NCBI GenBank assembly: GCA_964276145.1
Contig: CAXYDN010000007.1
Coordinates: forward strand, 74,411-138,410
DNA from: an uncultured SAR86 cluster bacterium
Lineage (GTDB): Bacteria > Pseudomonadota > Gammaproteobacteria > Magnimaribacterales > D2472
Length of the DNA stretch: 64,000 nt
Reading direction: 5' to 3'
A program made the position numbers and the translations under genes. The notes under the pieces are model-generated. The model did not search any database and had not been told where the DNA came from. It saw nothing but the letters and a program-made list of their open reading frames with translations. Shown here piece by piece: positions 54,018 through 63,809 of this stretch (positions within the stretch are counted from its first letter, which is position 1; every line of letters begins with the position of its first letter).

Positions 54018-55350
54018 CTAATTTTTATCTATACCAATTACAAGAATACTTAGAATAATACCAACTAAAAGCCCAACCCATGCACTAAAGAATGTTATAA
54101 AAACAGCTATCAATAATGCTGAGGCCATTTCTGTATTTTTCTTTGGAATTGCCATGGCTACATAAGCGCATGCAAAGCCTGTTAATATTAGCGTTAAAGT
54201 AAGAGCCATCTGCATTAATGGCTTCATTAATGTAATAAAGGGTAATGTGAAATATAAAATTGGTAGTCCCATAAGATAGTAAGAGCCAAGACCATCAAAA
54301 ATTGAAGGCATTTCCTTTGGACCCTTTTTCCACCTTTCAACAACAACAACATGTACACCTGTCCATAAAGCTCCTTGAGTTGGAAAGAAAGGGTTTACCA
54401 ATAAGCCTAAAAAGTTTCTTACAGCAATAGAAAGATGAGATCTATCTAAATTAATATCAAGAGGTTCGTCAGGTCTAGATTTCTGACCATCGTTTAATAC
54501 TTCGGTTGCTGTTATTAGGTCGCCAAAAAGAAGTGTGTATCCTATGATTACTAATGGTAGAGCTTCTAGATACATTGGTAAGGATGGAAAACCTATTACT
54601 AATGGTGAAGTCTTATTAAATAGTGAGACAACATCAGGAACTTGGAAGCCCCATTGAATATCAAAAGTAACTTCTTTTAATAAAAAAGCTACCAATCCTG
54701 CAAGAATAAACCCTGGAAGAAGACCAAGTGAACCTAATCTTTTTAAAGAAGATGTTTTTCTCAGCTAACTTTTTAAAAGGATCTGAGAAGGTTGTTATCA
54801 CACACAAGATAATTGCAACTGCCATGGATACTGGTTGAAGCATTAATTTATCCATATCAGTAACAAAAACCTGATAAAAAGCAGCCAAGGCTGCACCTAA
54901 AATAATCCCAGCCTTTAATCCATTAGGAATAATTTGTATTAATTTTTTTCCCCATCCAGTGCTTCCTAGTATAAATACCAGTAATGTGAATTCAATGCAC
55001 ATTGCAGCCATGAATTGGAATGTGGCTGGATCGTATACCCCGTTAAATTGACCTTTTGTTGCAAAAGCAGCAATAACAATTGGTAATGCGGGTGTAATCC
55101 AACCAGGAGCCATGGGCTCACCAAAAAATATTGGTCCAGAGGCTATTAAGGAACCAGCAACAAAACTTAAAGCAACACCCTCTTCAAATGATAAACCTAA
55201 GCCCATTGCCACTGGCACAGCAGCGAATGCAGTCGCTCCAGATATTACCATTCCTTGAAAAAACTCTCCTGCCCTAAATTTAATATGTATGAATGGAATC
55301 CTTAGTGTAAATGGTCCCCATGATATGCCTTTATTTGTTGTAGTGTTCAT
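54018..55350 (-). pseudogene. polytopic permease of uncertain family, split by a 1-nt frameshift (ORFs 54661-55350 and 54018-54695)
   Basis: The hydrophobic reading continues seamlessly in the +1 frame (..KRLGSLGLLPGFILAGLVAFLLKEV..), which is open from about 54771. The tail of the upstream ORF (RFTWSSSRVYSCRIGSFFIKRSYF) looks out of frame. The switch region 54739-54770 contains two A5 runs. Confidence 0.55.
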
Positions 55351-56522
55351 TTTGATAACTCCGACATTCCGTCTTCTAATCCCTTAAGTGTTAAAGGATA
55401 CATTCTATTATCAAATAAGTCTCTAAGAATACAAACTGATGAAGTATAGTCCCAGTGATCATCAGGCACTGGATTTAACCATGCCATATTATTAAAATGA
55501 TCTGATAACCTTTTAATCCAAACATGGCCAGGCTCTTCGTTCCAATGCTCAATACTGCCACCAGGATTAGTAATCTCATATGGAGCCATAGTTGCATCTC
55601 CAACCACAATGACTTTGTAATCAGATGAGTACTTATTAATCATATCTTGAACAAGGAATCTTTCTTGAGATCTTCTTAGATTATCTTTCCAAACAGACTC
55701 ATAAATACAATTATGAAAATAATAATATTCTAGATGCTTAAACTCAGTTTTAATTGCTGAAAAAAGCTCCTCACATAACTTTATATATGGATCCATAGAA
55801 CCGCCAACATCAAATAAAACAATAACTTTTACTGTATTGGATCTTTCTGGAACCATGTGAATATCTAGATATCCAGCATTTTTTGCAGTCGATTTGATTG
55901 TTCCATCCATATCAAGTTCTAAATCATTACCTTGTCGTGCAAATTTTCTAAGCCTTCTAAGGGCCATTTTGATATCTCTAATACCAATAATTACAGAGTC
56001 ATCTAGGTTGCTAAATTGTCGCTGTTCCCAAACTTTTACTGCGCTTTTTTGACCGCCTTCTCCACCAACTCTGATACCTTCAGGATTTTGTCCACCATGA
56101 CCAAAGGGTGATGTTCCATTAGTGCCAACCCATTTATTGCCACCCTCATGCCTATCTTTCTGTTCTTCTAATCTTTTTTTAAATTCCTCAAGTAATTTTT
56201 CAAGGCCACCAAGAGATTGAATTTTTTTTAACTCCTCAGGATCTAGCTCTTTTTCAAAAGCTTTTCTTAGCCAGTCTTCAGGAATAAGAGCTTGAAAAAT
56301 ATCTTCAAGTTTTTCAATACCTTTAAAATATATATCAAATGCTTTATCAAACTTGTCATAATGTTTTTCATCTTTAACTAAAATTGCTCTAGAAAGATAA
56401 TAAAAATCATCAATGTTGGAATAAGCTAATTGTTTTTCTAAAGCTCCTAACAAATCTAATAGCTCCCTTAGAGTGCATGGAACACCGGAAGATCTAACAG
56501 TTTGAAAAAGATTTATCAGCAT
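55347..56522 (-). CDS. VWA-domain protein of the CoxE-like type (partner of MoxR-class ATPase)
   Basis: C-terminal VWA/MIDAS-like segment (VIVLFDVGGSM, VIVVGDA) and a glycine-rich middle region. It is immediately downstream of the AAA+ gene (0-nt gap). Confidence 0.7.
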   Translation of the reverse strand: MLINLFQTVRSSGVPCTLRELLDLLGALEKQLAYSNIDDFYYLSRAILVKDEKHYDKFDKAFDIYFKGIEKLEDIFQALIPEDWLRKAFEKELDPEELKKIQSLGGLEKLLEEFKKRLEEQKDRHEGGNKWVGTNGTSPFGHGGQNPEGIRVGGEGGQKSAVKVWEQRQFSNLDDSVIIGIRDIKMALRRLRKFARQGNDLELDMDGTIKSTAKNAGYLDIHMVPERSNTVKVIVLFDVGGSMDPYIKLCEELFSAIKTEFKHLEYYYFHNCIYESVWKDNLRRSQERFLVQDMINKYSSDYKVIVVGDATMAPYEITNPGGSIEHWNEEPGHVWIKRLSDHFNNMAWLNPVPDDHWDYTSSVCILRDLFDNRMYPLTLKGLEDGMSELSK

Positions 56523-57377
56523 TTATTTATTTGCTGCTTCTCTTCTAGACATGAATGCAAGACGCTCAAGCAATTGCACATCTTGCTCATTTTTTAATAG
56601 AGCTCCATACAAAGGTGGTATCGCTTTTGATGAGTCTGCATTTTTTAATATTTCATCTGGCATATCATCTGATAAAAGAAGCTTTAACCAGTCTATTAAC
56701 TCAGATGTCGATGGCTTTTTCTTTAATCCAGGAATTTTTCTTAAATCAAAAAATATCTCCAGCGCCTCATTAACTAATTTTTTCTTAATTTTTGGGTAGT
56801 GAACTGAAACAATCTTATTCATAGTTTCTCTATCTGGAAATTGAATGTAATGAAAAAAACATCTTCTTAAAAAAGCATCTGGTAATTCCTTTTCATTGTT
56901 TGAGGTCATTATAATTAATGGTCTATGCTTGGCTTTAATGGTCTCACCTGTTTCGTAACAGAAGAATTCCATTCGATCAATTTCTTGAAGTAAATCATTA
57001 GGAAATTCAATGTCTGCTTTGTCAATTTCATCAATTAAGAGGACGACTTGCTTATCTGAGGTAAAAGCCTCCCAAAGCTTTCCTTTTTTAATATAGTTAC
57101 TTATATCTTTAACTCTTTCATCGCCAAGCTGAGAGTCTCTTAAGCGCGTTACTGCATCATATTCATATAAGCCTTGAGATGCTTTTGTTGTAGACTTGAT
57201 ATGCCACTCTATAAGTTCCATATTTAGAGCTTCAGCTACCTCAATTGCTAATAAAGTTTTACCTGTTCCAGGTTCACCCTTAATAAGCAAAGGCCTTTCA
57301 AGAGCCATAGAAGCATTAACCGCCATACTTAAATCTTCAGTAGCAATATAGTTTTTAGTTCCTTTGAATTGCATCAT
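56523..57377 (-). CDS. MoxR-class AAA+ ATPase (CbbQ/NorQ/CoxD-like)
   Basis: Walker A GEPGTGKT, Walker B LLIDEIDKA, sensor and arginine-finger regions (TSNNEKELPDAFLRRC); 284 aa. Confidence 0.85.
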   Translation of the reverse strand: MMQFKGTKNYIATEDLSMAVNASMALERPLLIKGEPGTGKTLLAIEVAEALNMELIEWHIKSTTKASQGLYEYDAVTRLRDSQLGDERVKDISNYIKKGKLWEAFTSDKQVVLLIDEIDKADIEFPNDLLQEIDRMEFFCYETGETIKAKHRPLIIMTSNNEKELPDAFLRRCFFHYIQFPDRETMNKIVSVHYPKIKKKLVNEALEIFFDLRKIPGLKKKPSTSELIDWLKLLLSDDMPDEILKNADSSKAIPPLYGALLKNEQDVQLLERLAFMSRREAANK

Positions 57378-57395
57378 TATTCCCTTTATATAGTT

Positions 57396-58238
57396 TTAAT
57401 TTGATAGTTTTTCTTCCGACTTTAGTATTCTAGTTAGTTGTCGACTTGAAGCAACTAAATTTTCGTTTAAATCCCAAATATTACAATCTTGCTCAAAATA
57501 TCCCTTATTAATATCCTTGGCTATGAAATCTGCAAATAAGATTTCAGTAGTTGGCATTTGTCTTATGTGAGTGGTTAAGCTGTATGTCGGAATCCATCCC
57601 AAAGGTCCATATTTATTAGATACAACAGGTGGAGCAACATCTACATAAAATGATAAAACAAACTGATCTGGGATGCCTCCATCCATTTGCATATACGAAG
57701 AACATCTTGCTTCGGCTTCATGTATATCTATATCTCTATCCCACCATGCATGTCTTGGGTGAACTGTGCAGCTCAATTGATGGATAAATGAAGGAGTTAA
57801 ACCTGGTGATATTTTGTCATAATTTAAATCTTTATATTTGTTTCTTGGAATCTCTTTCATGATTTCAGGAGAATTCGTCTCTAAACCATCATATCCTTTC
57901 ATGTGTTCAAAATCTGAACATATAGCATTGAATACGGTACATATCTTGTTATCTTGGATAAGCTTAACAGCGCCCGATGAAGTGCCTCTTGATACTTTAA
58001 ATATTTCAACTTCTAAAATAATATCTTTTGCTTCAATTCTATCTAAATATTGTATTGATGAACTTATTGCTACCGAGTGTGGTACCGATGATATTAATGC
58101 TTTATGCATAAGTGCATTCAAATATCCACCATGAGGAGTCTTACCAACAAAATATCTAGAATCAGGATTAATACTGTATGTATTTTTAGAGACAGATTCT
58201 AGTAACAAAGCGTTTTGAAATTGATCAAATTGATTCAT
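57396..58238 (-). CDS. double hot-dog acyl-CoA thioesterase-like protein
   Basis: The N-terminal G.TPHGGYLNALM pattern and the ~280-aa length resemble TesB-like / PF13622-type thioesterases. The evidence is weak and pattern-level only. Confidence 0.5.
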   Translation of the reverse strand: MNQFDQFQNALLLESVSKNTYSINPDSRYFVGKTPHGGYLNALMHKALISSVPHSVAISSSIQYLDRIEAKDIILEVEIFKVSRGTSSGAVKLIQDNKICTVFNAICSDFEHMKGYDGLETNSPEIMKEIPRNKYKDLNYDKISPGLTPSFIHQLSCTVHPRHAWWDRDIDIHEAEARCSSYMQMDGGIPDQFVLSFYVDVAPPVVSNKYGPLGWIPTYSLTTHIRQMPTTEILFADFIAKDINKGYFEQDCNIWDLNENLVASSRQLTRILKSEEKLSN

Positions 58239-58290
58239 GATTCAATAATTTTAGTTCATAATTCATTTTTATAGAAATTATCTGAACCAT

Positions 58291-59076
58291 ATGAATAATT
58301 TATTTGATATAGCTTGTAACTTTTCGAGTGATCGCTTTGAAAAGGATTTAAATGAAGTTATTAAAAGAGCTAAAGATAATAACGTAACAAAATTTTTATT
58401 AGTATCTGCTTCGCTAAAAGATTCAGAAAAAGTTAACAATATATATCAAGATAATAAAGATTCATGCTTTTTGACTATTGGCGCTCACCCTCATCATGCA
58501 AATGAATTTAATTCATCATCTTCTGCAGAGATGAAGCGGCTTATAGAAAAATATAAACCTCATAGCGTTGGAGAGACTGGATTAGATTTTTTCAGAAATA
58601 TATCATCTTACGAGGAACAAGTATTTGCATTTGAAAAACAAATTCAAATAGCAATAGAAACTAACCTTCCTTTATTTCTTCATCAAAGAGATGCTCATGA
58701 TGATTTTTTGAAAATTATTTCAAAATATAAAAATGATATTTCAAAAGCTGTAGTGCATTGTTTTACTGGCACACAAGAGGAGCTAGATGACTATTTAGAG
58801 TTAGGATTTCATATTGGCCTTACTGGATGGATTTGTGATGAAAGAAGAAACGTTGATCTTAGGAAATCATTAAAAAATATACCGTTAGATAAGTTAATGA
58901 TTGAAACGGATTGCCCTTATCTTATTCCAAGGAACTTAAATAATAAGCCAAAAAACAATAGGAATGAGCCTGCCTATCTTCCTCATATAGCAAATGAGAT
59001 TGCATCATTGGTAAATCTTGATAATGATGAGCTGATTGATATAACTTATAAAAATAGTATTAACTTTTTTAGCTAA
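58291..59076 (+). CDS. tatD: TatD-family metal-dependent hydrolase/DNase
   Basis: D..CN start region, GAHPHH, GETGLD, LHQRDAH, VHCFTG and ETDCPYL. Confidence 0.85.
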   Translation: MNNLFDIACNFSSDRFEKDLNEVIKRAKDNNVTKFLLVSASLKDSEKVNNIYQDNKDSCFLTIGAHPHHANEFNSSSSAEMKRLIEKYKPHSVGETGLDFFRNISSYEEQVFAFEKQIQIAIETNLPLFLHQRDAHDDFLKIISKYKNDISKAVVHCFTGTQEELDDYLELGFHIGLTGWICDERRNVDLRKSLKNIPLDKLMIETDCPYLIPRNLNNKPKNNRNEPAYLPHIANEIASLVNLDNDELIDITYKNSINFFS

Positions 59077-60172
59077 AAGCTTCTTTATCTAAATTAAATT
59101 CATCACAGATATTATCTATATCTGATCCAATTTTTTTAGCATTATGCTTAATAGAAAGCGTATCATTTGAAAATCTTGGTGAAGGTGCTGGTTGGTTAAA
59201 TCCTTCTAGATTTACAAAAGACCCCCTAGATATATTATGTTCATGTCTTTGCGCCTCATCCATATTTAATACTGGTGTAACGCAACCATCTGTGTCTGAA
59301 AAGATTTCAACCCAATAGTTTCTTGGTTGAGATTTAATTTTAGTAGCAATAATTTCTTTTAATTCTTTCCACATAGATTGATCCATTTGGTTCTTAAACC
59401 TTGGGTCATTTAACTCTAATTTCTCTAATAAAATATTATAAAATTGAGGCTCGATTGAGCCAACAGCAATATATTTTTTATCTGAACATTGATATGTATC
59501 GTAAAAATGCGCAGCTCCATCTAAGAAATTTGATTTTCTTTCATCTTTCCATATGCCCATTTCCTTAAGTGAATAAAAGAAACTCATTAAAGAGAGGCTT
59601 CCATCTATCATTGCTGAATCGATTACTTGTCCTTTGCCTGTTTTAGAGGAGCTAATGACTCCTGCCAAGATACCCATTGCTAACATCATTCCACCGCCAC
59701 CATAGTCACCAACAAGATTAAGAGGTATTGATGGGTTTGAGTTTTGATCGCCAATTGCATTTAATGCACCTGAAAGACTAATATAATTGATATCATGGCC
59801 TGCTTGGCTGGACATAGGGCCCTCTTGCCCCCAACCTGTCATCCTTCCATAGACTAAAGATTTATTTAACTTTAAGCATTCTTCAGGGCTCAAACCTAAT
59901 TTTTCCATTACACCAGGTCTAAAACCTTCAAAAAGAACATCTACTTCTTGAATTAATTTTTTAATCTCTTTGATTGCTTTGGGATTCTTCAGATCTGCAA
60001 CAATAGTTCTTTTTGATCTATTGTGAATATCGAATTTATTATGGGTCCCTTTTTCGTTAACCCTGCTCAATCTAATAACATCAGCGCCAAGATCAGCTAA
60101 TAACATTCCACAATATGGACCGGGACCAATACCTGAAAATTCTAAGACTTTAATGCCATTTAATGGACCCAT
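59069..60172 (-). CDS. family III CoA-transferase (CaiB/BaiF; alpha-methylacyl-CoA racemase-like)
   Basis: The N-terminus LNGIKVLEFSGIGPGPYCGMLLADLGADVIR, together with GRMTGWGQ.GP and GHD.NY, is typical of this family. Confidence 0.8.
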   Translation of the reverse strand: MGPLNGIKVLEFSGIGPGPYCGMLLADLGADVIRLSRVNEKGTHNKFDIHNRSKRTIVADLKNPKAIKEIKKLIQEVDVLFEGFRPGVMEKLGLSPEECLKLNKSLVYGRMTGWGQEGPMSSQAGHDINYISLSGALNAIGDQNSNPSIPLNLVGDYGGGGMMLAMGILAGVISSSKTGKGQVIDSAMIDGSLSLMSFFYSLKEMGIWKDERKSNFLDGAAHFYDTYQCSDKKYIAVGSIEPQFYNILLEKLELNDPRFKNQMDQSMWKELKEIIATKIKSQPRNYWVEIFSDTDGCVTPVLNMDEAQRHEHNISRGSFVNLEGFNQPAPSPRFSNDTLSIKHNAKKIGSDIDNICDEFNLDKEAFS

Positions 60173-60181
60173 ACTTATATG

Positions 60182-62653
60182 TTATTGGAAAACTCTAAAT
60201 TTAACTAATAAATTTGGTAAAAGGGACAATGAGGAAATAAAAGCTACCAACATTGCTAGAGCTGTAAAGATTCCAAACAATTGTGTTGGAAAGAAATTTG
60301 ATAAAGATAAAATCGAGAAACCAGTTGCTATGGTTGCTGCAGTATAAAAAATTGCCCTTCCTGTTGTTGTGTGAGCATTTAATAAAGCTTGTTCTGGTGA
60401 CTGTGTTGCCTTGATCTCTTTTTTATAGCGATATATATAGTGAATTGTATTATCTACTGCCATACCAACACTAATAGCAGCAACAGTTATTGTCATTATA
60501 TCTAATGGTATCTTTAACAAACCTAAGATACCAACAACAGAAGATGCAACAAATATATTGGGTATTAATCCTATCACCATAATTTTGAAAGATTTAAAAA
60601 TTAAAAGAAGCATTAAAGCGATAACACTAAAAACTAATGTGAGTGATCCTATCTGAGACTTAAACAAAGACTGCAACATATTGTTATATAGAACAGCCAA
60701 ACCAGTCATTTCATATCTGTCTTCAGAGAGATTGAATTTTGTTTGGAGGTCATAATTAATTTTATCTAGTAATTCTTTTCGATTTAAATTATCAGCTGAC
60801 TCATTAACCCTTGTAGAAATTCTTACAATAGAGTCATCTTTATTAATATAAGCATATAAAAGAGTTTCTCTTATATCTTCTGGCAATACTGAGCGCAATA
60901 AGGCTAACTCAAGATCATTTAAATCTTCACCATCATTAATCATCCTTGCTAACTTAATACCACTTGAAACGCTTAAGACTTTTCCAATCTCAGGCAAAGA
61001 ATCAAGATAATCGTGAATTGATTCTAATTCTGCCAAGGAATAGACATTCCACCAATAGCCAGATGCATTACTGTTATCGTCATCAAATAAGCTATCATCA
61101 AAAAAATCATCATCGATTAAATCATCCGATAATTCTTCAAAAGGCTCTCTAATGATAATGTCTAATGTTGCTGTTCCTCCAAGATTTTTATCTATTTCCA
61201 GCATGCCTTGGTGTATTTCGGTTTCTTCATCAAAGTAGTCAATAAATCTATTCTCAACAATTAATTTTGTTGTACCAAAAATTAAAATACAAAAAGTAAA
61301 CGTAAAAATTAAATAAATAGCAAGTGAATTATTTTTTGCTACTAATAAAATCTTATTAGTAATCTTATGCAATGAGAGATAGTCTCTGCTCTTAGATTCT
61401 TTAATTAAAGAAATGGCACTCGGCAAAAAAGAAAAAGTAAAGATAAATGCAATTGAAATTCCAAATGCCATCATTTTTCCAAATTCAATAACAGGTTTTA
61501 GGTCGCCAAGTAGTAATGATAAGAATGCAACAGCAGTTGTTATGGCTGCAAAAAAGCATGGTAAAAACATTTGGTTCACTGAGTCTATAAGAGAATCTTT
61601 ATAATCTATAGATTCATTTTTTAGTTCATTAATCTTCACTAAAACATGAACAGTTAAAGATATTGTTAGGATAAGTAGTAAAGCAATAAAGTTTGAGGAT
61701 ACAACACTAATCTTCCAGTCCATAAAACCCAAGAAACCAGCAGTAACAAAAGTTGTAAAAAAAGCATTAAGAATTGGAAGAAGAACAAACCATATATTTC
61801 CAAAGAATAAATAAAGCATAATTGCAAAAACTAAAGCAACAGCAGAGCCAAAAATAACTAGATCAGATCTTATGTAATCCATCATATCTGAAGTAATCAT
61901 AGCTGGACCACCAAGATATAAAGTAGCATCACTCTTATAAAGATCTAAAATGTTTCTTATTTCTTTAACAAGATTTGAATTAAAAGTAGATTCATCATCA
62001 TTTAAGTCCCCGACTCTTGCATTAATTGATTGAAGCTCTTTTAACAAAGATTGTCTAATTTCATTTGTAATAGGTTCTTTTGAGTCTAAAGTCTCGAGTA
62101 TCTCATATCGTTTATTTATAAGAAGGTCATACTCATCATTACCTCTAAGCACTACCTGCATTGCAGTTATGCTTCCATCAGCACTAATAATTAAATCTTT
62201 ATATATTGGATTATTAATAATTTCATCTTTAGCAAGTTTTAAATTAATGCCTTCTGTAGTGAGATCTTTTAGGTTATCTGAAACCTCTGTAAGACTAACC
62301 TTTGGTTGGAAAAAAATAGGCGCATCAAGTAATGATAAAACAGAGTCAACACCATCAATATCAGATAATTTGTTTTCAATCTCTTGAAGATTTGATAGCG
62401 ATTTCTTTGAAAACAATTCTGAATTAGGTTCATAGGTAACTATAAGAAAGCTTGAATCACCAAATTCTTCTTCATTTTCTCTATATTTTTTTAATGCGGC
62501 GTCTCCTTCTAAAACTAATGCATCAGATGAAGCATCTAATTTAAAGTTAGTTATGCCTTGAAACGCAAGACAGATAATAAAAAAAACTAAAGAAAGAACA
62601 AAAAGCGGATTCCGTATTACAAAATTTGAATATTTGTAGATTAACTCTTTCAT
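60182..62653 (-). CDS. MMPL/RND-superfamily exporter (two 6-TM bundles, two periplasmic loops)
   Basis: 823 aa with duplicated architecture, an SSD-like TM block and conserved GMAVDN / GISIAF-type segments. The substrate is unknown. Confidence 0.75.
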   Translation of the reverse strand: MKELIYKYSNFVIRNPLFVLSLVFFIICLAFQGITNFKLDASSDALVLEGDAALKKYRENEEEFGDSSFLIVTYEPNSELFSKKSLSNLQEIENKLSDIDGVDSVLSLLDAPIFFQPKVSLTEVSDNLKDLTTEGINLKLAKDEIINNPIYKDLIISADGSITAMQVVLRGNDEYDLLINKRYEILETLDSKEPITNEIRQSLLKELQSINARVGDLNDDESTFNSNLVKEIRNILDLYKSDATLYLGGPAMITSDMMDYIRSDLVIFGSAVALVFAIMLYLFFGNIWFVLLPILNAFFTTFVTAGFLGFMDWKISVVSSNFIALLLILTISLTVHVLVKINELKNESIDYKDSLIDSVNQMFLPCFFAAITTAVAFLSLLLGDLKPVIEFGKMMAFGISIAFIFTFSFLPSAISLIKESKSRDYLSLHKITNKILLVAKNNSLAIYLIFTFTFCILIFGTTKLIVENRFIDYFDEETEIHQGMLEIDKNLGGTATLDIIIREPFEELSDDLIDDDFFDDSLFDDDNSNASGYWWNVYSLAELESIHDYLDSLPEIGKVLSVSSGIKLARMINDGEDLNDLELALLRSVLPEDIRETLLYAYINKDDSIVRISTRVNESADNLNRKELLDKINYDLQTKFNLSEDRYEMTGLAVLYNNMLQSLFKSQIGSLTLVFSVIALMLLLIFKSFKIMVIGLIPNIFVASSVVGILGLLKIPLDIMTITVAAISVGMAVDNTIHYIYRYKKEIKATQSPEQALLNAHTTTGRAIFYTAATIATGFSILSLSNFFPTQLFGIFTALAMLVAFISSLSLLPNLLVKFRVFQ

Positions 62654-62654
62654 A

Positions 62655-62963
62655 CTATTTATTTGCGCACTCTGGAGAATCTAATATGATTGGATTTAAT
62701 TTAAACTCTTCTTCATTAAATGCATGAATAGATAAGGCATGAATTTTATTCATTAAATTATCTAGAGTTTTATAAATTAATTTATGTCTTTTGATGATTG
62801 ATAAGTTATTAAAATCATTAGTTACGACAACAATTTTAAAATGGCTTTCTGATCCTTTAGGCACATTATGCATAAAACTCTCGTTAATAATTTTAAGAGA
62901 CGAAAGATTCATGGAGGTGGAAAGAGTATTTATTATTTGAGATTCAATTGGGCCAGTGCTCAT
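62655..62963 (-). CDS. BolA-family protein
   Basis: NES..H......ESHFK..VV...F...S...RH..IY..L.....IHALS pattern; 102 aa. Confidence 0.75.
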   Translation of the reverse strand: MSTGPIESQIINTLSTSMNLSSLKIINESFMHNVPKGSESHFKIVVVTNDFNNLSIIKRHKLIYKTLDNLMNKIHALSIHAFNEEEFKLNPIILDSPECANK

Positions 62964-63009
62964 ATTAGAGCATTATAAATGAATATATCTTATAAAATAA
63001 TTTTTTTAC

Positions 63010-63468
63010 TTATGGGTAATCTCTTTTGAGTAATTTATTGTAAAAAAGAGCAAAAAGTATAATAAATATTGCTCCCAGAGCAACAGGCATCAATACAAAA
63101 GATAAGCTTTTACCTCCAAGAATTGCAATAATAGGATTTGCGCCTGCTGGTGGATGAATTGCATTAAATGATGCCATTACAAACACGGACAAGCCAACAG
63201 CAATTCCAAGGGATATCGCAGAAGCGCCCATTAATGAAAAAATAATAACACCACTTAGAGCAGACAATGTGTGTCCAAGGAATATATTCCTGGGTTCAGC
63301 TAAAGGGCTATTATGAACTGCCATAACCAAAACCATTGTTGCACCAAAAGGAGGTATCAACCAGATCTCTCCATAATCTGAAAAATGCAAATAAGAAAGC
63401 ATGCTTATACATATGCATGCCCCCAATGCTGAAAGAAAATTGTTGAGCAGTATTTTTTTATCAAACAT
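63010..63468 (-). CDS. HPP-family membrane protein
   Basis: Four TM segments and the eponymous HPP motif (AIHPPAGANP). Confidence 0.75.
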   Translation of the reverse strand: MFDKKILLNNFLSALGACICISMLSYLHFSDYGEIWLIPPFGATMVLVMAVHNSPLAEPRNIFLGHTLSALSGVIIFSLMGASAISLGIAVGLSVFVMASFNAIHPPAGANPIIAILGGKSLSFVLMPVALGAIFIILFALFYNKLLKRDYP

Positions 63469-63516
63469 CTATTAACATTAACTCATTTTATATTTTTTAG
63501 AAATACGTAATCATGA

Positions 63517-63699
63517 TCAGCCGTCGAGTGGAAGTTGATCAATATTTTCAATTAATAAAGCAATTTCCTCCCACTTTGCCCACTCAATTGAATTAAGAGA
63601 AGCAGCAAACTCTGCTGCTCTTAACATAGCAATTGTTTGAGCTTCATCACCATATTGTGAAATTAAGGCGATAGCTATTTTTCTAAGATCTTCTTTCAA
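63517..63699 (-). CDS. hypothetical 60-aa helical protein
   Basis: ORF only; the translation is predicted to be helical and acidic. I recognise no family. Confidence 0.3.
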   Translation of the reverse strand: MKEDLRKIAIALISQYGDEAQTIAMLRAAEFAASLNSIEWAKWEEIALLIENIDQLPLDG

Positions 63700-63809
63700 C
63701 TTTAAAAATGAGTTTTTTATAATGTTATAAAACTGTATCCCATGTAAAATCCTTTGTATAGTTAAGAAGAATTAATGAGCAAGCTGAGGTATAAGTAAAT
63801 TAAATTTTT

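Noticed and set aside
58176-58203. Second possible LexA-like site (ACTGTATGTATTTTTAGAGACAG)
   Set aside because: The CTGT and ACAG halves are separated by 14 nt instead of 8, and the sequence lies inside the thioesterase-like coding region.
60153-60347. 64-aa plus-strand ORF bridging the CoA-transferase / MMPL junction
   Set aside because: It overlaps the 5' end of one minus-strand gene and the 3' end of another, has no SD and belongs to no recognisable family. It is most likely spurious.
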